Below, in pieces: positions 58,226 through 64,000 of a DNA stretch of 64,000 bases; position 1 is the first letter of the stretch, and each line of letters starts with the position of its first letter. The position numbers and the translations under genes are program-made. Source of the stretch: Candidatus Saccharimonadia bacterium (GTDB lineage: Bacteria > Patescibacteriota > Saccharimonadia > UBA4664); contig DATKIP010000012.1 of NCBI GenBank assembly GCA_035544015.1, positions 182,393-246,392 on the forward strand, read 5' to 3'. Under the pieces are notes generated by a model. It was given only the letters and a program-made list of their open reading frames with translations, had not been told where the DNA came from and searched no databases.

Positions 58226-60004
58226 CTATGCCTCAGAATCAATGATCGCCTTGAGTTCATCCAGCAATTTCGCTCGCAACCCATCATCACCCTTCTGCTC
58301 GGCGTATTGCAGCTCCAAATTAAGCCTATCCTTGATCTCCTGGTTCGATCCCAAAAACACACTCCGGGCAAATTCAAATGCCGCCTGTTGCAATTTTCCC
58401 TCTTCCAAGCCCGAAAACTCTTCCTCGCCAATCAACATCAATTGGTTCACATAGCTCGCCGCCTCCCCAGCCGCACCCGCAATTTCGCTCGCCGCCGCCT
58501 CTGGATGCGCCCGCAACAATGTGTAAACCATGGCCCGCTCCGGCGACGAGAAGCTCTCGGGCGACAGCTCCCCCAAGCTCGCCCGCGCCGACGGCGCCAA
58601 CAAATTCACGGCCAAAAACAACTCCTCGCGCTGCACCCGCACGCTCGTCTTGCCGCTGGCCTGCACCACCGCCCGCCGCACCACATCGCCGCTGCGATCA
58701 CGCTCCGCCACCGCGCCCGCCGTCCCGGCCACCTCAGTCCCCTTCTCGATCTTCGCCCGCACCGCCTCCTCGCTCGTGCCCGTCTTTTCGGCCAGCAACT
58801 TCACATAATGATCCTGCTCCACCGGATCCCCCAGCCGCCGCAGGCTCCCCGCCAGCCGGTCTGTGTATCCGCGCTTGCCCACGGCCGAGTTCAGGTCAAA
58901 ATCGTGCTCAAACCGCTCAAACAAATAATCCACAATGTATTTGGCCTCGCCAATCGCCCGCCGCCACGCCTCCACATCGCGCGCCACCAGCTCATCCGCG
59001 TCCTTCACGCCCTCCGGCAACACCACCATCCGCAGCGTCAGCCCCAATTTTTGCCCCAACTCAATCGCCCGCTCCGTCGCCGCCAGCCCCGCCCGGTCGG
59101 CGTCAAACGCCAGCTTTATATTCTTTGTAAGCTTACTCAGCGTCCGCAGTTGCTCCAGCGTCAGCGCCGTGCCGCTCGCCGCCACCACCTGCTTCACGCC
59201 CGCTTGGTGACTCGCCACCACGTCCATATTGCCCTCCACGAGTACCACTTCATCGCCGCTCCGAATCGCCTCCCGCGCCAATGCCAAGCCATAAATCGCC
59301 TGCGATTTGTCATATAGCGGCGTCTGAGGCGTATTCAAATACTTCGGCACCCCGTCATCCAGCACCCGCGCGGTAAACCCAACCGTCCGGCCCTCGCGGT
59401 CGGTAATCGGAAACATTACCCGGCCCCGAAACAGATCATAAATCGTCACCCGCCCGTCCTTTTGCCCAGCCAGGCCGCCCTGCACCAGCTCCTGCTGCGA
59501 ATACCCCTGCTTGGTCAAAAAATCACTCAGCGCATTCCACGAATCCGGTGCATACCCAATCGCAAAGTCCCGGATCGTCTCGCGCGTGAGCCGCCGCTGC
59601 TTCACCACATAATCCAGCGCCTTCGGATTGCGCACCAGCGTCGCCTGGTAATACTTCACCGCCAATGCGTGCGCATCGAGCAATCGCTCCCGCAATTTCT
59701 TCGCCGTGCCGTCGTCATTCCCGCGCGCTTTGAGCTCCACCCCCGCCTTGCGCGCCAACATCTCCAGCGCCTCCCGAAAGTTCACGCCCTCCATCTTCAT
59801 CACAAAATTAAAAATATCCCCGCCCTCGCCACAGCCAAAGCAGTGATAAATCCCCTTCTCCGGGCTCACCATAAAGCTCGCCGACTTCTCCTGGTGAAAC
59901 GGGCACGGCGCCTTCAAATTCCGCCCCGCCTGCTTGAGCGGCAAGTACCCCCCGACCACCTCCGTGATCTCGAGGCGACTCTTTACCTCCGCAACCTCGT
60001 CCAT
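58226..60004 (-). CDS. dnaG: DNA primase
   Basis: CPFH..CFGC Zn ribbon, KYLNTP, EG.MDV, D.D.AG, KDAD. Confidence 0.99.
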   Translation of the reverse strand: MDEVAEVKSRLEITEVVGGYLPLKQAGRNLKAPCPFHQEKSASFMVSPEKGIYHCFGCGEGGDIFNFVMKMEGVNFREALEMLARKAGVELKARGNDDGTAKKLRERLLDAHALAVKYYQATLVRNPKALDYVVKQRRLTRETIRDFAIGYAPDSWNALSDFLTKQGYSQQELVQGGLAGQKDGRVTIYDLFRGRVMFPITDREGRTVGFTARVLDDGVPKYLNTPQTPLYDKSQAIYGLALAREAIRSGDEVVLVEGNMDVVASHQAGVKQVVAASGTALTLEQLRTLSKLTKNIKLAFDADRAGLAATERAIELGQKLGLTLRMVVLPEGVKDADELVARDVEAWRRAIGEAKYIVDYLFERFEHDFDLNSAVGKRGYTDRLAGSLRRLGDPVEQDHYVKLLAEKTGTSEEAVRAKIEKGTEVAGTAGAVAERDRSGDVVRRAVVQASGKTSVRVQREELFLAVNLLAPSARASLGELSPESFSSPERAMVYTLLRAHPEAAASEIAGAAGEAASYVNQLMLIGEEEFSGLEEGKLQQAAFEFARSVFLGSNQEIKDRLNLELQYAEQKGDDGLRAKLLDELKAIIDSEA

Positions 60005-60062
60005 ATGTCTAATTATACGCTAAATCTGGAAATGCGAACAAAAAGCGAATAAGTTCGTGAGC

Positions 60063-60098
60063 TGGTTCCGGGCCGGCCCGCAGACCGGCCCGGAACCA
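60063..60098 (-). terminator. 14-bp perfect GC hairpin
   Basis: tggttccgggccgg / ccggcccggaacca. Confidence 0.75.
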
Positions 60099-60114
60099 TG
60101 GTGCGTCGAGGCGC

Positions 60115-60309
60115 CTAGTGGTAGTCGTTGTACAACTGAGTCACCAGGGCCTCGCCGGCCTGGACATCGGCGGACGCATCAGCCTCCTCGTAGTCCTCGA
60201 TGGCATTCTCGAGATCGATGCGATACCCCCTACCCGGATTCGACCTGGCATTGTGCAGCGCGGTTTCGTAAGCAGTCTTGGCGTCGGCCAAGGTTCTCAC
60301 GCCCTTCAA
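60115..60309 (-). CDS. Small hypothetical protein (start uncertain)
   Basis: About 60-64 aa ORF rich in C-ending codons, between a TTGAGC-17-TATAAA promoter and a terminal hairpin. Confidence 0.5.
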   Translation of the reverse strand: MKGVRTLADAKTAYETALHNARSNPGRGYRIDLENAIEDYEEADASADVQAGEALVTQLYNDYH

Positions 60310-60374
60310 TCGAGGAGCTACAGATCATCCACGGAAGCATCGGGCTACCGCTGGTCATTTATACCAGCTGCGCC

Positions 60375-61022
60375 TCAGGCGCTCAAGAGCTCTGCCACCT
60401 TCCCCACGTCTTCGGCAACATAGGTTGCCCCAGACGCCTCCAGCTCCTCACGCGATCCATAGCCAAACAGCACCCCCACCGAATCAATCCCGTTCTCTTT
60501 TGCGCCAATCACATCGTGCTCCCGATCGCCCACCATGATCGCCTTCGACTTCGGCGGGTTTCCTAGCCACTCCAAAGCCTCAGAAATGGTAGCTCCCTTG
60601 CCCAAAATATTGCCCAAATGCGTACCTACAACCACGACAAAATAATTCGTCAGGCCCGTTTGCGCCAAAATTTGCTGGGCAAATTCATCGATTTTCGACG
60701 TTGCCACCGCCAATATTTTGCCCTGAGTTTTGAGTGCATCCAGCAGCTCTACCATCCCCGGGTAGGGTACATACTGCCGTATGCCTTCCACCCGAAAATG
60801 CTCCCGATAAATCCCTATGACTTCGGCCGCCGACGCGTCATCAAAACCGTAAAAGTCCTTAAACGACTGGGCCAATGGCGGCCCTACAAACCGCCGCAAA
60901 GACGCCTTATCCGGCTCGTCAATACCCATTTTAGTCAGGGCGTAATCAAGCGAATTGGTAATACTTGGCCCCGGATCGCACAGCGTTCCGTCCAGATCAA
61001 ACAAAATGTATTGGTAGCTCAC
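60375..61022 (-). CDS. HAD hydrolase (5'-nucleotidase/PGP-like)
   Basis: DLDGT, GPPL, ATSK, GDREHD. Confidence 0.93.
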   Translation of the reverse strand: MSYQYILFDLDGTLCDPGPSITNSLDYALTKMGIDEPDKASLRRFVGPPLAQSFKDFYGFDDASAAEVIGIYREHFRVEGIRQYVPYPGMVELLDALKTQGKILAVATSKIDEFAQQILAQTGLTNYFVVVVGTHLGNILGKGATISEALEWLGNPPKSKAIMVGDREHDVIGAKENGIDSVGVLFGYGSREELEASGATYVAEDVGKVAELLSA

Positions 61023-61029
61023 AGCCGTC

Positions 61030-62028
61030 TCAGCCTAAGTTACTAAAACTCAAATCCGGTTTCACCCGCTCAATAAGCCGCGCCGTCTGCCCCAGGCTCT
61101 TGCCGGCCACACTCTGATCGTTCACGAAGTTCTCAATATCCTGCTCGCGGTGGCCGTCGATGCCGTAGGTGGTGATGCAACCCACACGCTTGGCCATAGC
61201 CGCCAGCACCGGCTCGGCCCGACGCGCCGCGCCATTCATGGGGTTGCCCATGAGCTCCACGCCGTCGAGCCGCCCGTCGCGCAGCATGCCTTCGAGCATT
61301 CCGGCGTCGATCTTGCGCGCCGCGGTGTACCAGTGCGCCACCACCGCCACCCCGCCGGCACCACGGATGAGCTTCACGGCCGCATCCAGGTCAATCGAGT
61401 ACAAATAATCCACATAAATCCCTGCCACAAAGGCGTCATCGCTCAAAAACAGCCGGTACGGATAGTCGCTCGCCGGCCGCTCCATCATGTGCGCGTAATC
61501 CATGGCCACGGCAGCACTCCCCACCGCCGCCAGCTCCATGTCCATCCGCATCTGCTCCACGATGGCCGCATTTTCCGGATGCGCATTGAGCGCCCGCACA
61601 ATGTGCGGCCGGCCCACGGTCTCGCCACCCGACGCCGCCAGGCAATCCTCCACCGAAATCGTAAACTTGAGTCCGCGCAGATTCGTCACAATCCGCTCCA
61701 TCCGCTCCACCCGCGCCGCCACCGCCCGCCGGCAATGCTCGCGCAGCGCCACATTCGTGGGGTCGGTAAACAGCCCCAAAATGTGCAGCGAGCTCGTAAC
61801 CCCGCCGCCCAATTCCACCGGCAGGCCGCTCGAAATCTCGCATCCCACCAGCCATTTCACCGGTCCGTCATACGCCCGCAGCTTCGCCAGATCCACCTCG
61901 CTCGGCAGCGTATCATGATCCGTAAACGCCACCACCCCCACCTTGTTGCGCCGCGCCGCCTCGAGCACCTCCAGATACGTCTGCGTGCCGTCCGATGCCG
62001 TCGTGTGATTATGCAGTGATTCGTACAT
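61030..62028 (-). CDS. PHP-domain (TrpH-like) phosphoesterase
   Basis: LHNHT.ASDG, TDHD, E, H.LG, GRPH, AH, D.H. Confidence 0.9.
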   Translation of the reverse strand: MYESLHNHTTASDGTQTYLEVLEAARRNKVGVVAFTDHDTLPSEVDLAKLRAYDGPVKWLVGCEISSGLPVELGGGVTSSLHILGLFTDPTNVALREHCRRAVAARVERMERIVTNLRGLKFTISVEDCLAASGGETVGRPHIVRALNAHPENAAIVEQMRMDMELAAVGSAAVAMDYAHMMERPASDYPYRLFLSDDAFVAGIYVDYLYSIDLDAAVKLIRGAGGVAVVAHWYTAARKIDAGMLEGMLRDGRLDGVELMGNPMNGAARRAEPVLAAMAKRVGCITTYGIDGHREQDIENFVNDQSVAGKSLGQTARLIERVKPDLSFSNLG

Positions 62029-62029
62029 C

Positions 62030-62434
62030 CTAGCGATCCGCCAACCGGTACACGAATTTCAGCCCCGACCAATCGTCGGTGAGCGCCGCCACCTTCACAT
62101 CCACCAGCCCCGCCTTCAAGCCCAGCTCGCGCACGATCCCCTCAGTGAGCCCCGTGTGCAGCGGCGAAGTCCGCTTGGCCCAGCAAATCCACAACATCCC
62201 GCCCGGCTCCAAATGCGACGCGAGGTTCGCCAACACCGCATTCAGCTGCTCGGTGCTGGTCGCAAAATACTGAATAAAATCAAACCGGCCCGCCAACCGC
62301 ACCGCCACCTTCGCCCGCTCATCTAGGTCCCCCAGCAAATCCAAATACCCCGCCGGCGCATGCATCACAATCAGGCGCGCACCCGGCCGCACGCCCAATT
62401 TATCGATCAAGTTTTTGTTCGAATATCCTGCCAT
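62030..62434 (-). CDS. DUF3052-like protein
   Basis: MAGYS...L..KLG, W..W.K, GLVDVKV.A....WSGLK. Confidence 0.8.
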   Translation of the reverse strand: MAGYSNKNLIDKLGVRPGARLIVMHAPAGYLDLLGDLDERAKVAVRLAGRFDFIQYFATSTEQLNAVLANLASHLEPGGMLWICWAKRTSPLHTGLTEGIVRELGLKAGLVDVKVAALTDDWSGLKFVYRLADR

Positions 62435-62448
62435 CGGTGCCTATCTTA

Positions 62449-63273
62449 TCATTTTGCCAGGCCAAATGTATCACCCTTCTCGATAAGAAAGCCTTCGCGC
62501 ACCAGCGCCGCCAACACCGCGGGCAGCCGTTCATCGCCGATTCCCAGCTCACGCACCCTCTTCGGCCCATCGAGCAATCGCCGCAGCACCTCGCCCCGCA
62601 GCTGCCGCACGCTGCCCGCAAACGTCGATTGCACCGCGTAATGCCGGCTGCGTCGGTTCGGATTCACCACCCGCTTGGCCAAATCCGCCCCATAATCCAT
62701 GAGTGCCCAATACCACTCGCGCGGGTGCTGCCGGTCGAGCGCCGCCTCGATCAGCGGCCGCAACACCGCATCCGGCACGCCGTCCGGATAGCTCGCGCAC
62801 AAGGCCGGCGAGTCCTCAAAAAATTCGTGCAAAAACACCCGCCGGATATTCGTTTCGATAAACACCACCGGCTCATCGTAGGCAAACGCCGCGATGCTGC
62901 CGGCCGTGTTGGGCCCAATCCCCGGCAACCGCACCAGCTCCGCCGGGTCGCGCGGCAACACGCCACCAAATTCGCGTACCACCATCTGCGCCGCCTCCCG
63001 CAGCCACAGCGCCCGCCGGTTGTAACCCAGCCCCTGCCACGCCTCCACCACCTCGGCCACGCTCGCCGCGGCCAGCGCCTCAAAACTCCCAAACCGCTCC
63101 AGCCACCGCGGCCAATGCCCCAGCACCCGGCTCACCTGCGTTTGCTGCAGCATCACCTCACTCACAAACACCCCATACGGCGTCACCTCCCGCCGCCACG
63201 GCAAATCCCGCCCCTGCTCACGATAAAACTCCCACACCCGTTCCCGAAAATCCACAATGACCCGTTCATCCAT
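62449..63273 (-). CDS. mutY: A/G-specific adenine glycosylase, short Fe-S-less form
   Basis: RDLPWR, VSEVMLQQTQV, WQGLGYNRRA, LPGIG HhH, ALMDYG. Confidence 0.9.
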   Translation of the reverse strand: MDERVIVDFRERVWEFYREQGRDLPWRREVTPYGVFVSEVMLQQTQVSRVLGHWPRWLERFGSFEALAAASVAEVVEAWQGLGYNRRALWLREAAQMVVREFGGVLPRDPAELVRLPGIGPNTAGSIAAFAYDEPVVFIETNIRRVFLHEFFEDSPALCASYPDGVPDAVLRPLIEAALDRQHPREWYWALMDYGADLAKRVVNPNRRSRHYAVQSTFAGSVRQLRGEVLRRLLDGPKRVRELGIGDERLPAVLAALVREGFLIEKGDTFGLAK

Positions 63274-63305
63274 GTCCCAGATTGTAACGCACTCACCCAA
63301 TATTC

Positions 63306-63336
63306 TTGACGGTAGTATACCCACTGTAGTATACTA
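63306..63336 (+). promoter_or_regulatory. padR promoter with palindromic operator
   Basis: TTGACG-18-TATACT overlapped by tagtatac-N8-gtatacta (63313-63336). Confidence 0.7.
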
Positions 63337-63370
63337 TCGGTAACATACTAATAACTAACCAAGGAACCCA

Positions 63371-63877
63371 TTGAAACCACTCGATGACTATGAACAAACC
63401 CTCCTCTCCGGCTGGGAAGACACCTACAGCAAAGGCCAACTCACCCTCTGGATAATGCTGTCGCTCAAAGACAGCCAAAAACACATGGGTCAAATCAAAG
63501 ACTTCATCCTCGAAGCCACCCACGGCCTCGTAACGCCCGACGACAAAAGCGTCTACCGCTCGCTCCGCCGGTTTCGCGACGCCCAGCTTGTGGATCATCG
63601 GCTCGAACCCAACCCCGGCGGTCCTGCGCTCAAAATCTACCAGCTCACGCCCACCGGAGCAGCCGTTCTACAAGCCTTTCTCGCCCGAAATATCGAGGAC
63701 ATTCTCTACCAGCCCCGCATCCGTACATTAATCAAACAGGATCAATCATGGAATCAACCGCAAAAATCAGCCGTCTCAGCCGCGGCTGGCAAATCACCAA
63801 AAGCTCGTGGCGCGTCCTCAAACTCGACAAAGAACTTGCCGCCCTTCCCCTCGTCAGCTTTACCATCCAACTCCTAG
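63371..63877 (+). CDS. PadR family regulator
   Basis: KG.L...I...L, SVYR.L.R, GP..K.Y.LT..G; TTG start with SD AAGGA; tail overlaps next gene. Confidence 0.85.
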   Translation: MKPLDDYEQTLLSGWEDTYSKGQLTLWIMLSLKDSQKHMGQIKDFILEATHGLVTPDDKSVYRSLRRFRDAQLVDHRLEPNPGGPALKIYQLTPTGAAVLQAFLARNIEDILYQPRIRTLIKQDQSWNQPQKSAVSAAAGKSPKARGASSNSTKNLPPFPSSALPSNS

Positions 63878-64000
63878 CCCTCGTCCCCTTCGTCTTGGTC
63901 GCTATCGCCCTGCGAGCCAACAATCAGCTCAATAATTGGCGCGACTTTGCCTTTACGCTCGCTCTATATTTCGTCCTGGCGCTCATTACCAACTTCTTTG
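63748..64000 (+). CDS. Membrane protein (DUF6159-like), truncated by the window edge
   Basis: MESTAKISRLSRGWQITKSSWRVLKLDKEL followed by TM segments; SD AGGA. Confidence 0.7.
   Translation, partial: MESTAKISRLSRGWQITKSSWRVLKLDKELAALPLVSFTIQLLALVPFVLVAIALRANNQLNNWRDFAFTLALYFVLALITNFF

Overview
High-GC bacterial chromosome segment. The + strand is C/A-rich throughout and most genes lie on the - strand. Gene content and order point to Patescibacteria/CPR, probably Saccharibacteria-like (inference): a secretin-less type IV pilus cluster, efp-rpsR-ssb-rpsF, recA-recX, ftsK-rodZ-yajQ, rnj-udg-pnp-rpsO-truB, a degenerate DHH protein, polA-mutM and dnaG-rpoD. No rRNA, tRNA, CRISPR array or transposase was seen. 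Most notable: (1) About seven solitary genes in actinobacterial style interrupt conserved gene pairs (TolB-propeller/SGNH secreted protein, SH3+Rpf, DUF5999 and orphans). Each is a self-contained unit with a sigma70 promoter, hairpin-rich leader, usually an SD, and a GC hairpin end. (2) Two homologous ~130-nt intergenic elements (19181-19311, 32759-32886) keep loop and flank sequence while their long stems differ completely yet stay paired. (3) A shared GAAC-N7-GAA(C/T) direct repeat lies in the recA, dnaG and orphan-gene promoters. (4) Three normally Fe-S enzymes (UDG family 4, MutY, PurF) lack their cluster cysteines. (5) Leaderless promoter architecture is pervasive. All structures were folded by eye and family assignments come from motif recognition, not database searches.
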